From Candidatus Pelagibacter ubique HTCC1062 (GTDB lineage: Bacteria > Pseudomonadota > Alphaproteobacteria > Pelagibacterales > Pelagibacteraceae), in the NCBI RefSeq assembly GCF_000012345.1, contig NC_007205.1:810001-842000 (forward strand): a stretch of 32,000 bases of DNA. The letters are read 5' to 3'. Below the pieces are notes generated by a model. It made no database searches and was not told the DNA's origin. It saw nothing but the letters and a program-made list of their open reading frames with translations. Both the position numbers and the translations under genes were made by a program. Numbering within the stretch: the first letter of the stretch is position 1; every line of letters begins with the position of its first letter. Positions 7,687 through 16,971 of this stretch are shown here, one piece after another.

Positions 7687-10224
7687 TTATTGATTTCTTA
7701 TAAGTGGATAAACTTTAGGGCTTAAATACTTAAAATTAGTAATCATAATTAAGATTAATGTTGCAAGCCCAATTCCAATAGTTACCTGTAAAAATATTGC
7801 TAAATCAAACTTCCAAGTGATTTGAAAAATATTTTCAATGATAAATTGTGAACCTATGATCGCAAAAAAGAGAGCTATTAGAATTATGGATGTGAATATT
7901 ATAAAAAACTCAATAATTGAAGAAAGTATAACCTCAACTTTGGAAAAACCTAAAATTTTGAATATTAAATTTTGAAATTCTTTAATTTTACCCTGAACTA
8001 TAATTGCACTTGAAATGACAATTAAACCAATGACTATAGTTATTGCAGAGATAACGGTTACAGCAATAAACACTTTGTTTAAAAGATCTGTTACTTTCTC
8101 CAAGTAATCAGTAATTTTTATAATAGAAAGACTAGGCATTTTATCTAGTAAAGCAGTTTCGTTAAAATTCTCTAAACTTTTAAACTTTGAAGTAGCCAAA
8201 TATTCGTGAGGTATATTTTTTGCAAATTGAGGATTTAATAACATTGCAAAGTTAATAGAAAAATCTCTGTAGTCTACTAATCTAAAATTTACTATTTCAC
8301 CTTCAATTTCACGTCCATAAATATTAAGAGTAAAAATATCACCAATTTTAATATCAAAATCTTTAGCAATTTTACTATCAAGTGAAATTTGAAGTTTATC
8401 AGGTCTATCTAGATCCCACCATTTGCCTTCTACAATTGGGTTATCTTTTAAAACTTTATCAGCCCAAGAAGACCTTCTGTCATTTCTGATCACCCAGTGG
8501 CTATCATTACTTGAATCGATATAAGTATTTGGATCTATTCCATTTATTTTTACAATACCTGTTGAAACCATTGGAACAATTTCAAGGTTAGCTTCTTTAT
8601 CCATGTCAAAAATTAAATCTTCAAATATTTGTCTTTCATCACTTTGAATACCAATGAAAAAATAATCAGGCGCAAGTTCTGGTATAGATTTAGCAATTTC
8701 TCTTTTAAAATTTGAACCTACAAAAGCTAAAGTTAATAGTAAAGTGACCCCCAAACCTAAAGACATAATAGTTATAGGGGTAATACTTTTAGTTTGAGTA
8801 ATATTTTTAACTGATACTTTAATTGAAATATTTGGATGCTCTTTAAGTCCTTTAAACAATTTAATGATTAAGTTTGATAATAAGTAGAAGACTAATAAAC
8901 AAACAAAGAAAGCTCCAAAATAACCCAAACTATAAACAGGTCGAGCAGAACCGATGGTAAATAAAGAAATTAAAATTGATAATAGTAACAGACTTAAAAG
9001 AATTGATTTTTTTGAATAATAAAATTGAAGGTTTTGAAATACATTTCTAAATAAGTTTGATGCCTTAACTTGATCAATTGCATTAATGGTTGGTATAGAA
9101 AATATGATTAATACTAATAACCCTACTAAAAAAACTTTGAAATAATTAAGAATAGAAAAACTACCTTCAATATTTAATCCAAGACCAGCTGACAGATAAA
9201 CATCAACAATAGGGACTAGAAAGAAACTAAAAGAGTAGGCGGCAGTTGATATTATGAATAGTAGAATGAGCAATTGTAAATAGTAGACTATCTTTATATC
9301 CTTTGAGAAAAAGCCTAAAGACTTCTTAACTGCAATAGACATATTATTCTGATTAATGAATGAAAGTAGAGTGTTAGCAATTCCAATTCCTGCAATTAAC
9401 ATTGCACTGATTGATACAAGAGATAAGAATTGAGAGAAATTATCAATTATTCTCTTTAAAGGACCGTCAGATTTTTCGTGATATCTAATTCTAACCTTCT
9501 TTTCATTTTTGAATAACTGCTCAATTTTTTTAGATAAAGTATTTGGATTATCTCCCTCATTAAATTTTACTTTATACTCATAATTTAAAAAGCTCCCTAG
9601 ATTATTAAGTTTTAATAATTCTAATGTTTGTTTGCCAGCTAAAGCAAAATCACCAAATACAAAAGCACCCCCAATATCAGGTACTGATTTTACGATACCA
9701 ATTACAGTAAATAACTGATCTTGAACTTTGATTTTATCATTAATTTTTAAATTGAGATTTTTGAAAATGTTTTCATTAACAAGGATTGTATTCTCTATAG
9801 TTTGTAATTTTTCAAATGCACCACTTGGTTCATAACCTACCTTGCCAAATAATGGGTAATTTTGATCTACTGTTTTAATTCTAGAAAATATTGATTTATT
9901 TTTAGATTGGTTGGTAGTTGAGATCATGGTGCTAAACTCAACCATTTGTGAAACAGTAGCAAATTCTTTAACTTGGTTAATTAATTCTAAGTTGCCAACA
10001 TTACGATTATAGTCAATTTCAATATCTCCACCTAAAAGTGCTCTTGAATTATTATTTAATTCTTTATTCAAACTATCTTCAATGGTGAAAATTGAACTTA
10101 AAATAAATAGGCTGATAAAAAGTGTTAGAATAATACTAGAAATTTTTTTATAATTTCTACTCAAGTCTCTTAAGGCATATATCAAAGTTAACTTGTACTC
10201 TGAAAGCTTAGACAATTTTTCCAT
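7687..10224 (-). CDS. ybbP: ABC exporter permease with two FtsX-type domains (YbbP-like)
   Basis: About 845 aa and polytopic, with large extracytoplasmic loops, immediately downstream of a MacB/LolD-type ATPase as in E. coli ybbA-ybbP. Likely start is ATG 10224 (MEKLSKLSEY...), overlapping the ATPase gene by 17 nt. The track start at 10272 would overlap it by 65 nt. Confidence 0.75.
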   Translation of the reverse strand: MEKLSKLSEYKLTLIYALRDLSRNYKKISSIILTLFISLFILSSIFTIEDSLNKELNNNSRALLGGDIEIDYNRNVGNLELINQVKEFATVSQMVEFSTMISTTNQSKNKSIFSRIKTVDQNYPLFGKVGYEPSGAFEKLQTIENTILVNENIFKNLNLKINDKIKVQDQLFTVIGIVKSVPDIGGAFVFGDFALAGKQTLELLKLNNLGSFLNYEYKVKFNEGDNPNTLSKKIEQLFKNEKKVRIRYHEKSDGPLKRIIDNFSQFLSLVSISAMLIAGIGIANTLLSFINQNNMSIAVKKSLGFFSKDIKIVYYLQLLILLFIISTAAYSFSFFLVPIVDVYLSAGLGLNIEGSFSILNYFKVFLVGLLVLIIFSIPTINAIDQVKASNLFRNVFQNLQFYYSKKSILLSLLLLSILISLFTIGSARPVYSLGYFGAFFVCLLVFYLLSNLIIKLFKGLKEHPNISIKVSVKNITQTKSITPITIMSLGLGVTLLLTLAFVGSNFKREIAKSIPELAPDYFFIGIQSDERQIFEDLIFDMDKEANLEIVPMVSTGIVKINGIDPNTYIDSSNDSHWVIRNDRRSSWADKVLKDNPIVEGKWWDLDRPDKLQISLDSKIAKDFDIKIGDIFTLNIYGREIEGEIVNFRLVDYRDFSINFAMLLNPQFAKNIPHEYLATSKFKSLENFNETALLDKMPSLSIIKITDYLEKVTDLLNKVFIAVTVISAITIVIGLIVISSAIIVQGKIKEFQNLIFKILGFSKVEVILSSIIEFFIIFTSIILIALFFAIIGSQFIIENIFQITWKFDLAIFLQVTIGIGLATLILIMITNFKYLSPKVYPLIRNQ

Positions 10225-10873
10225 CTTTGATTTTAATTTTTCTTTTTGCTTTATTTGCAAGTTTTGGGTCATGGGTGACCATAATTAAAGATGATTTTTC
10301 TTCTTTAATATATTTGAATAAAATATCTGCAATCATTTGTGAATTTTCACTATCTAAATTTCCCGTAGGTTCATCTGCCAAAATTAGCTTAGGTTTCATG
10401 GCTATAGCTCTAGCAATTGCTACACGTTGTTGTTCACCACCTGAAAGTTGACTAGGTAAATTATTAAATCTATTTTTTAGTCCAAATCGATCCAACAACT
10501 CTTTGGCTCGTTCAGTAGGGTTTTTTAAATTATTTAACTCTAAGGTTAGAGCAACATTTTCAACAGCAGTATAATTTGGAATAAGATAGAAAGATTGAAA
10601 AACAATACCAATATTTTTTCTTCTAATTTTAGAAACTTCATCTTCACTCATTTTAGATATTTCTTGATCTTCAAAAAATATCTTACCAGAGGTTGCTTTC
10701 TCTAGTCCCCCAGCAAGCATGATTAAGCTAGTTTTTCCAGATCCACTTTCACCCACTATTGAAATAGACTCATTTTTTTTAGTTTCTAAATTAATATTCT
10801 TTAAAACCTTAATAGTATCATTACCAGTTTGGTATTTAAGATTAACGTTTTTTAGCTTAAGAAGACTATCCAT
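10208..10873 (-). CDS. ybbA: ABC transporter ATP-binding protein (YbbA/LolD-like)
   Basis: Walker A GESGSGKTS, signature LSGGEQQRVAIARA and Walker B LILADEPT are all present. Likely start is ATG 10873 (MDSLLKLKNVNLKY...). The upstream 19 codons in the track ORF run into the tesA-like gene. Confidence 0.85.
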   Translation of the reverse strand: MDSLLKLKNVNLKYQTGNDTIKVLKNINLETKKNESISIVGESGSGKTSLIMLAGGLEKATSGKIFFEDQEISKMSEDEVSKIRRKNIGIVFQSFYLIPNYTAVENVALTLELNNLKNPTERAKELLDRFGLKNRFNNLPSQLSGGEQQRVAIARAIAMKPKLILADEPTGNLDSENSQMIADILFKYIKEEKSSLIMVTHDPKLANKAKRKIKIKDGKIV

Positions 10874-11486
10874 GATTAAAAGATTTATTATTAAAATTAT
10901 TGCCGTCTGTCTAGTGAGCATAAACGTCAATGCTCTAGAAAACGTTATCTTATTTGGTGATAGCTTAATGGCAGGCTATGGTCTTCCACAGGAAAAACAT
11001 TTAGCCATTGTCCTTCAAAATAACCTTAATGATAGTGGTTATGATCTTGGAATTATTGATGGAAGTGTATCTGGAAGCACATCTGCTGGAGGATTAAATC
11101 GAGTTGAATGGTCTTTATCTCAACCGAATATTGACTTAATGATCTTAGGATTGGGTGCTAATGACATGTTAAGAGGAATAAGCCCAATCGAGACTGAAAA
11201 AAATTTAGAAAAAATTATTCAAACAGCAAAATTAAAAAATATAGAAATAATTTTAGCAGGAATGATTGCACCAACAACTCATGGAATTAGTTATAAAAAA
11301 AAATTTGATAATATTTATCCAAGTTTAGCTCAAAAATATGAGTTAAATTTAATTCCTTTTTTATTAGAGGGAGTTGCTTTAAAACCTGAACTTAATCAAG
11401 AAGACGGTATGCACCCAAATGAAAAAGGAACTATAATTATAAGTGATACACTTACAAAAAGTATCATCAATTTTATAAAAAAATAG
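10872..11486 (+). CDS. tesA: Secreted SGNH/GDSL hydrolase (thioesterase I / arylesterase / lysophospholipase L1, TesA-like)
   Basis: Signal peptide MIKRFIIKIIAVCLVSINVNA, then SGNH blocks GDSLMAGYG, GANDMLRG and DGMHPN. It is divergent from ybbA, as in E. coli. Start placed at ATG 10872; the track ORF start at 10719 lies antisense inside ybbA. Confidence 0.8.
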   Translation: MIKRFIIKIIAVCLVSINVNALENVILFGDSLMAGYGLPQEKHLAIVLQNNLNDSGYDLGIIDGSVSGSTSAGGLNRVEWSLSQPNIDLMILGLGANDMLRGISPIETEKNLEKIIQTAKLKNIEIILAGMIAPTTHGISYKKKFDNIYPSLAQKYELNLIPFLLEGVALKPELNQEDGMHPNEKGTIIISDTLTKSIINFIKK

Positions 11487-11500
11487 TATATCGTGATAAA

Positions 11501-12793
11501 ATGTTTTTAAATACTAAACTACAATCCAGAAAAAAACCGATAAAAGTTGCATTCATTGGCTGTGGAAAATTTGTAAGCATGTTTCTTGCTCAATACAATC
11601 AATTACAAAAAATTACTATTGATACTATCGTTGATATTAATATTGATAACGCCAAAAAAAACTGTCTTAAGAGCGGTTTAACTACAGAGACAGTTAATAA
11701 AATAAATTTTGTAACTACTTTAGATGAGGCAATTGATAGAGATGTTGAAGTTTTTATAGAAGCCACTGGAAATCCAATTATAGGAACAGTTCATGCTGTA
11801 AAGATTATTAAAAACAAAAAACACATCATATTAGTAAATGTTGAAGCTGATGTTACTTGTGGGAAATACCTTGCTGATCTTGCAAAAGAAAACAATGTTA
11901 TTTGTTCAATGGCATATGGTGATCAACCTTCATTAATTATGGAACAGATTGAATGGGCTAAGTTAAACGGTTTTTTTGTAGTTTGTGCAGGAAAAGGAAC
12001 GAAGTACCACCCAGATTTTGAATATTCAACACCAGACACGGTTTGGGGTCACTACGGTTTAAGTAAAGAACGTGCTGAAATTGAATCTGGTATGAATCCT
12101 AAAATGTTTAATAGTTTTTTATGTGGAGATAAATCTGCAATTGAAATGTGTGCAGTCAGTAATGCATCAGATTTAAAATGTCCAAGTAATGGATTAACTT
12201 TTCCACCTGTTGGGGTTTATGACATTGCTAAAAAATTAATTCCAAAAGTGGAAGGAGGATTAATTGATTATGAAGGTCAAGTAGAGGTGATATCTAGCAT
12301 TGATTTAAATCAAAAAGATATTCCAAATGATCTTAGATGGGGTGTTTACATAGTAATTAAAGCTCAAAATCAATATGTCAAAAATTGCTTTAAAGATTAT
12401 GGAATGGTGACCGATTTGTCTGGCAGTTATTCAGCTATATGGAGGCCATATCATTATATTGGTTTAGAACTTGCTCAATCGATATATGCAATTGCACTTG
12501 ATCAAAAAGCAACAGGTCAAACTATAAATTATAATGCAGATGTTGCAGCTTATGCTAAAAAAGATTTAAAAATTGGTGAGCGATTAGACGGTGAGGGTGG
12601 TTTTTGTGCTAGAGGGAAATTAATTACTTCTAAAAAATCAAAAGATGAAAAAATTTTACCTCTTGGTTTAACTGATGGAGCAATTGTTAAGAAAGATATT
12701 AATAAAGATCAATCTATAAGATTAGATGATGTGGAGTTAGATCTTCCAGAAGATGTTGTTAAAGCTAGACAGTATCAATATGATTTAATTTAA
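11501..12793 (+). CDS. NAD(P)-binding oxidoreductase with C-terminal SAF domain (COG4091, homoserine-dehydrogenase-like)
   Basis: 430 aa with an N-terminal Rossmann motif KVAFIGCGKF. The C-terminal KDLKIGERLDGEGGFCARGKLIT resembles a SAF domain. Family assignment is from memory of COG4091 architecture. Confidence 0.55.
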   Translation: MFLNTKLQSRKKPIKVAFIGCGKFVSMFLAQYNQLQKITIDTIVDINIDNAKKNCLKSGLTTETVNKINFVTTLDEAIDRDVEVFIEATGNPIIGTVHAVKIIKNKKHIILVNVEADVTCGKYLADLAKENNVICSMAYGDQPSLIMEQIEWAKLNGFFVVCAGKGTKYHPDFEYSTPDTVWGHYGLSKERAEIESGMNPKMFNSFLCGDKSAIEMCAVSNASDLKCPSNGLTFPPVGVYDIAKKLIPKVEGGLIDYEGQVEVISSIDLNQKDIPNDLRWGVYIVIKAQNQYVKNCFKDYGMVTDLSGSYSAIWRPYHYIGLELAQSIYAIALDQKATGQTINYNADVAAYAKKDLKIGERLDGEGGFCARGKLITSKKSKDEKILPLGLTDGAIVKKDINKDQSIRLDDVELDLPEDVVKARQYQYDLI

Positions 12794-13941
12794 AGAACAA
12801 CCAAATCCAACTTTTGCTTACCTAATCTCTCATTACCATTCTCGGTCACCAAATAGGTTTCACCTAAATTCATAGCAAGTTTACTATCTGAATCCATTAA
12901 GATCATATGCATAAAGAAGACATTACCAGGAGTTATTACATAAGGATTACCCGTGTATAACATTGGCCAGTCCATCCAATTGGGTGAGAAGGTTGTCCCT
13001 AATGAATAGCCACAAGCATTCATTCTTGATTTATTGTACCCAAGATCATCAAAAGTTTTAGCATGTACATCAAATACATCACCTGCAGTTTTTCCTGGTA
13101 TTAGGGTTTTTGCACAATTAGTTAAAGCCTCAAGACATGCCTCATGCATCTTAATATGCTTTGGATCAGCTTTACCAATAGGAATAGTTCTAAACATTGC
13201 AGAGTGATAATGTTTATAAGTACCAGCCCATTCAATAGTTAACTGATCAGTATCTGATAAAATTCTTTTCTCGGATTGATATCTGCATAATAATGCATTG
13301 TGTCCAGAGCCTATAATATATTCATTTGCTGGATAATCACCGCCACCTTCTAAAACAACTCTTTGCATTTCAGCTAAAATTTTTGCTTCACTAGCACCAG
13401 CTTTTGCATATTTCCAAGCCTCATCAAGCGCTTGATCTGCAAGTTCTGCAGCTTTTTTTACATAAACAATTTCTTCAGTAGATTTAACAACCCTATGTTT
13501 GGTGATTAATTCTGATTGATCTTCTACCTCACAATAACCTTCTAGCGATTTATTAAGTCTTAAAGCATTACGACCTGTCATACCGTAAGCTTCGTATTCA
13601 ACTCCGATTTTTTTATCTTTTAGATTTAATTCATTTAAAATTATTTTAAGATTATCTGTAGGGTTAGACTGGTCTTTATCTACCCAAATTCTTATGTCTT
13701 CAATGTTTGATGTATTTTGTGCTTGTCTTAAATCTGGAGCCCTTGTTAAAAGAATAATATCCCCTTTATTGTCCAATATTAATGTTTGAAAGAAAACATA
13801 ACCAAAGGTATCGTAGCCTGTAAGCCAAAACATAGACTCTTGACGAAACATTAAAAGAGCATCAAGATTATGCTCTTTCATTGATTTTAATGTAGCCAGT
13901 TTTCTTTTCTCAAATTCTTGTTTGCTAAAATGAAGTGCCAT
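12790..13941 (-). CDS. M24-fold (pita-bread) hydrolase with creatinase/prolidase-type N-domain; non-canonical metal-ligand positions
   Basis: 383 aa. The N-terminus KQEFEKRKLATLKSMKEHNLDALLMF... looks like a creatinase/prolidase N-domain, and the C-terminal half aligns by eye to the M24 fold. The usual D, D, H, E, E ligand motifs are not all recognisable (TIEWAGTYKHYHSAMF; CGYSLG instead of GHGIG; FMHM instead of xxEP). Confidence 0.7.
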   Translation of the reverse strand: MALHFSKQEFEKRKLATLKSMKEHNLDALLMFRQESMFWLTGYDTFGYVFFQTLILDNKGDIILLTRAPDLRQAQNTSNIEDIRIWVDKDQSNPTDNLKIILNELNLKDKKIGVEYEAYGMTGRNALRLNKSLEGYCEVEDQSELITKHRVVKSTEEIVYVKKAAELADQALDEAWKYAKAGASEAKILAEMQRVVLEGGGDYPANEYIIGSGHNALLCRYQSEKRILSDTDQLTIEWAGTYKHYHSAMFRTIPIGKADPKHIKMHEACLEALTNCAKTLIPGKTAGDVFDVHAKTFDDLGYNKSRMNACGYSLGTTFSPNWMDWPMLYTGNPYVITPGNVFFMHMILMDSDSKLAMNLGETYLVTENGNERLGKQKLDLVVL

Positions 13942-14060
13942 AATAAAAACTATAACTTTTAAAAATATTAATCACAAGTAGCCTTAAATTAAGATTTTTT
14001 TTGGTAAAACGAACCCAAATTATTGTTAAAAACTAAGGTTTTTTAAATGAAAATCTAAAA

Positions 14061-14837
14061 TTAATGAATAATAGCTTTAGCTGAACCTAGTTGATCAACT
14101 TTTCCAGTATAAAGACCTTTACCTAGGATTGGAACAACACCAACAGTCGATCCTGTAAATACATAAAAATCTTTATCAAGAATTACTTTATCTTTTTTTA
14201 ACTCATTCAAAACAAATCTAAGTGAGTTTAATGGATTTATATAAACAGTATTTGTATTTCCATTAACGCTTTGTCCAATTTTTTTATTAGCAATATTTGT
14301 CTTTAAATTTCCAATATTAATTTTTTTATATTTTTTCTTTTGCCCAATTAAAAACTTAACATTAGCGCCAAAATCACTACATAAATCTCCAAAACTAGTA
14401 ATGCCTTTTTTCTTTTGTCTGTAACCAATAACTTCAATACAAGCTGCCATGTGAGAAATATGTTTTGTTATATTTTTCGTAGTAATTGATCCTTTTGATG
14501 AGAAAAAGTTTTTCTTAATTAGGTAACAAACCTCAAGTTCTATCCCTAAAGTTGATTTATTAATTTTTACTTTTTTTCCACTTTTTATAAAATTCTTTTT
14601 AAAGATTGCAGCATAGAAAGGTTTTTTTTCTTTAAGTTTTTTCATGACAGGTATACCTGTCCCTGCAGCTTTAAATCCTATTATTGGATCTTTAACTTTG
14701 CTCTCACATAATTTTCTTAGCTTTTGAGCTTCACTTAATGTTTTTGTAAATTTTATTGGAAGTGGTGCAATTATTTTATTGTTAACAAAAGCATTAACTA
14801 ATTTATCTGCTGTTTTTTCTAATATGGTTTTTTTCAT
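14061..14837 (-). CDS. 2-keto-4-pentenoate hydratase / 2-oxo-hepta-3-ene-1,7-dioate hydratase family protein (MhpD/HpcG-like)
   Basis: 258 aa. By-eye alignment to E. coli MhpD: GFKAAGTG ~ GRKVGLT, GIELEVCYLI ~ EAEIALVL, AACIEVIGYR ~ PALEVVGSR, YVFTGSTVGVVPI ~ IILTGALGPMVAV. The ATG shares one base with the stop of the upstream M23 gene (TAATG). Confidence 0.55.
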   Translation of the reverse strand: MKKTILEKTADKLVNAFVNNKIIAPLPIKFTKTLSEAQKLRKLCESKVKDPIIGFKAAGTGIPVMKKLKEKKPFYAAIFKKNFIKSGKKVKINKSTLGIELEVCYLIKKNFFSSKGSITTKNITKHISHMAACIEVIGYRQKKKGITSFGDLCSDFGANVKFLIGQKKKYKKINIGNLKTNIANKKIGQSVNGNTNTVYINPLNSLRFVLNELKKDKVILDKDFYVFTGSTVGVVPILGKGLYTGKVDQLGSAKAIIH

Positions 14838-15637
14838 TATTGAATGTTTAATATAGTTGCAGGATCTAGTCTAGTACCAAACCAATTAAGTCTTACATCA
14901 AGATGTGGTCCAGTTGACCTACCAGAGGAACCAACTGTAGCAATGATATCTCCTTTTTTAACATGATCACCTACATTTACAAAAATTTCATCCATATGCA
15001 TGTAGAGAGTTGAAACACCATGACCATGGTCAAATATTAAAGTTGCACCTGTATAAAATAAGTCTTTTTCAGCCAGAGTAACAACACCGTTATTCATTGC
15101 TTTAACAGGTGTGCCTTTTTTTTGAGCAAAATCTAAACCGTAATGAGGCCATTTGGGTATGCCATTTAAAATTCTTTGACTACCATAAACACCAGTAATT
15201 ATTGCATCATCAACTGGGATAATAAACTTTTCTTTAAAAAACTGTAAGTCACTTTCAATTTCTCTTGCATCAGCTATTAATTTGTTTTCCTTTTTTATTC
15301 TTGCATAAAATTCTTCAGGTGGTGTAACTTTTTTTTTAGGTAAGCCTTCAATTTTTTGAATATTATATTTTCTTTTTTTAATTTTTTTTACAATTTTTTT
15401 GTTATTTTCAGTAATTGTAATGTCAAATTTTCTATCTTTTTCAATTCCAAATGCAAAATAACCATCTTTTGTGACTTTAACTTTTTTTTTATCTACAAAA
15501 ATTGATGACCCAGGCTTAGTTTTTCCAATAATGTAATGTCCTTGAATGAATTTTCCCTGAAACTCTACTGCAAAAGATTGAGTTGAAAAAAATAACGCTA
15601 CTAATGAAAGTAATCTATATATTACTTTGCTGTCCAT
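14837..15637 (-). CDS. Secreted M23 (LytM-type) metallopeptidase
   Basis: HYGLDFA (HxxxD) and GHGVSTLYMHM (HxH region), plus GSSGRSTGPHLDVRL, are typical of M23 peptidases. Likely start is ATG 15637 (MDSKVIYRLLSLVALFFSTQSFA, signal-like), overlapping the upstream SDR by 16 nt. Confidence 0.85.
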   Translation of the reverse strand: MDSKVIYRLLSLVALFFSTQSFAVEFQGKFIQGHYIIGKTKPGSSIFVDKKKVKVTKDGYFAFGIEKDRKFDITITENNKKIVKKIKKRKYNIQKIEGLPKKKVTPPEEFYARIKKENKLIADAREIESDLQFFKEKFIIPVDDAIITGVYGSQRILNGIPKWPHYGLDFAQKKGTPVKAMNNGVVTLAEKDLFYTGATLIFDHGHGVSTLYMHMDEIFVNVGDHVKKGDIIATVGSSGRSTGPHLDVRLNWFGTRLDPATILNIQ

Positions 15638-16380
15638 CCACCGTCTACTAGGATTGATGTGGCTGTAATCATCGATGAAGCGGATGAAGCTAAAAAACAA
15701 ACGCTTGTTGCAACATCACTTTCTGTTGCTAATTTTCCCATAGGAATATTGCCTAAAGCTAGTTTTTTAAATTCTTTGTTTTTAAAAAATCTTTTAACCA
15801 TCGGTGTTGCTACAAAAGTAGGGGCCACTGTATTTACTCTAATATTGTTTTTTGCAAGCTCAACACCCATACCTTTAGTCAAACCTTCAATACCAAATTT
15901 TGTCATATTATAAACATTTCTACCAGACATTCCAACATGACCAAGTTGAGATGACATATTAATAATAGATCCACCTCTTTTTTTATTCTTTAACATTTTT
16001 TTAACAACTAATTGAGCAACATTAAAAGCAGCTTTAAGGTTTAAATCTACTAAGTAGTTCATGTTTTCTTGTTTAATTTTTTCAAAAGGTTCTGGAATAT
16101 TTGTCCCAGCATTATTAACTAAAATATCTATAATCTTAATCTTATCTAGTTTTTCTTTAAGATCTTCATAATTCATTACATCACAATTAACTTTGATAAC
16201 TTTACCTTTTATCTTTTTTATTTCTTTTTCAAGTTTATCAAGATCTGATTGAGTTCTACTTAAAGCAATGATTGTAGCTCCAGCTTCAGCAAGAGCAATT
16301 GAGCAAGCTCTTCCCAATCCTTTACCTGCACCTGTAACTAATGCATATTTGTTTTTAAGATTTATTTTTTGTAAGTACAT
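15622..16380 (-). CDS. Short-chain dehydrogenase/reductase (SDR)
   Basis: 252 aa with TGAGKGLG, NNAG and YNMTK (YxxxK). The start codon directly abuts the TerC stop (TAA then ATG, 0-nt spacer). Confidence 0.85.
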   Translation of the reverse strand: MYLQKINLKNKYALVTGAGKGLGRACSIALAEAGATIIALSRTQSDLDKLEKEIKKIKGKVIKVNCDVMNYEDLKEKLDKIKIIDILVNNAGTNIPEPFEKIKQENMNYLVDLNLKAAFNVAQLVVKKMLKNKKRGGSIINMSSQLGHVGMSGRNVYNMTKFGIEGLTKGMGVELAKNNIRVNTVAPTFVATPMVKRFFKNKEFKKLALGNIPMGKLATESDVATSVCFLASSASSMITATSILVDGGWTAK

Positions 16381-16971
16381 TTAAATAAATAACTTTAAAT
16401 CAGTATAAATTAATTCGATAGCAACAACCAGTATAGCAATTAAACCAATCCAGGCTATCCATTTATATTCATTAATCCATCTTGATATTACAGTAGCAGC
16501 TGTTGCCATAAGAATTATTGATAAAGCTAAACCAAATATTAATAATACATAGTGATCACCAGCAGCACCAGCTACACCTAATACATTATCCAAACTCATC
16601 GTAAAATCAGCAAGTAAAACTGTCCATATAGCCTTCATAAAGCTTGAATTATCTACTTTAATATCTTCATCACCTGACTGACCTTTGATTACATCTGTAT
16701 AGAGTTTGTAGACTATATAAAGAAGAAGCAATCCTCCTATTAATCTTAATCCTGTTATTTGTAATAAATAAGCAGTTAACATGGTTAAGATAATTCTTAA
16801 AATTACTGCACCACCTATCCCCCAAAAAATTACTTTTTTTCTTTGTTCGGGTGGAAATTTAGAGGCAACCATTCCAATAATAATGGCATTATCACCAGCT
16901 AATACTAAATCGATAAATATAATTTGGCCTAAAATTATAAGTTGTTCAGGCCCGAATAATTCTGCAAACAT
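16381..16971 (-). CDS. TerC/YjbE-family integral membrane protein
   Basis: 196 aa and polytopic, with the duplicated TerC motif (LAGDNAIIIG and SLDNVLGVAGAAGD). The ATG shares one base with the GMC oxidoreductase stop (TGATG). Confidence 0.7.
   Translation of the reverse strand: MFAELFGPEQLIILGQIIFIDLVLAGDNAIIIGMVASKFPPEQRKKVIFWGIGGAVILRIILTMLTAYLLQITGLRLIGGLLLLYIVYKLYTDVIKGQSGDEDIKVDNSSFMKAIWTVLLADFTMSLDNVLGVAGAAGDHYVLLIFGLALSIILMATAATVISRWINEYKWIAWIGLIAILVVAIELIYTDLKLFI

Noticed and set aside
13982-14002. CTTAA-A-TTAAG palindrome followed by T8 as a terminator in the 119-nt spacer
   Set aside because: With a sterically possible loop the stem is only about 3 bp and all weak pairs. The T-run is on the plus strand, where no gene ends. 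It is not a credible hairpin terminator.
15116-15490. Several T8-T9 homopolymer runs (A-runs on the coding strand) in the M23 peptidase gene as possible phase-variation tracts
   Set aside because: They encode Lys-rich (KKK) stretches that are common throughout this AT-rich window. The frame is intact and there is no contingency-locus context.
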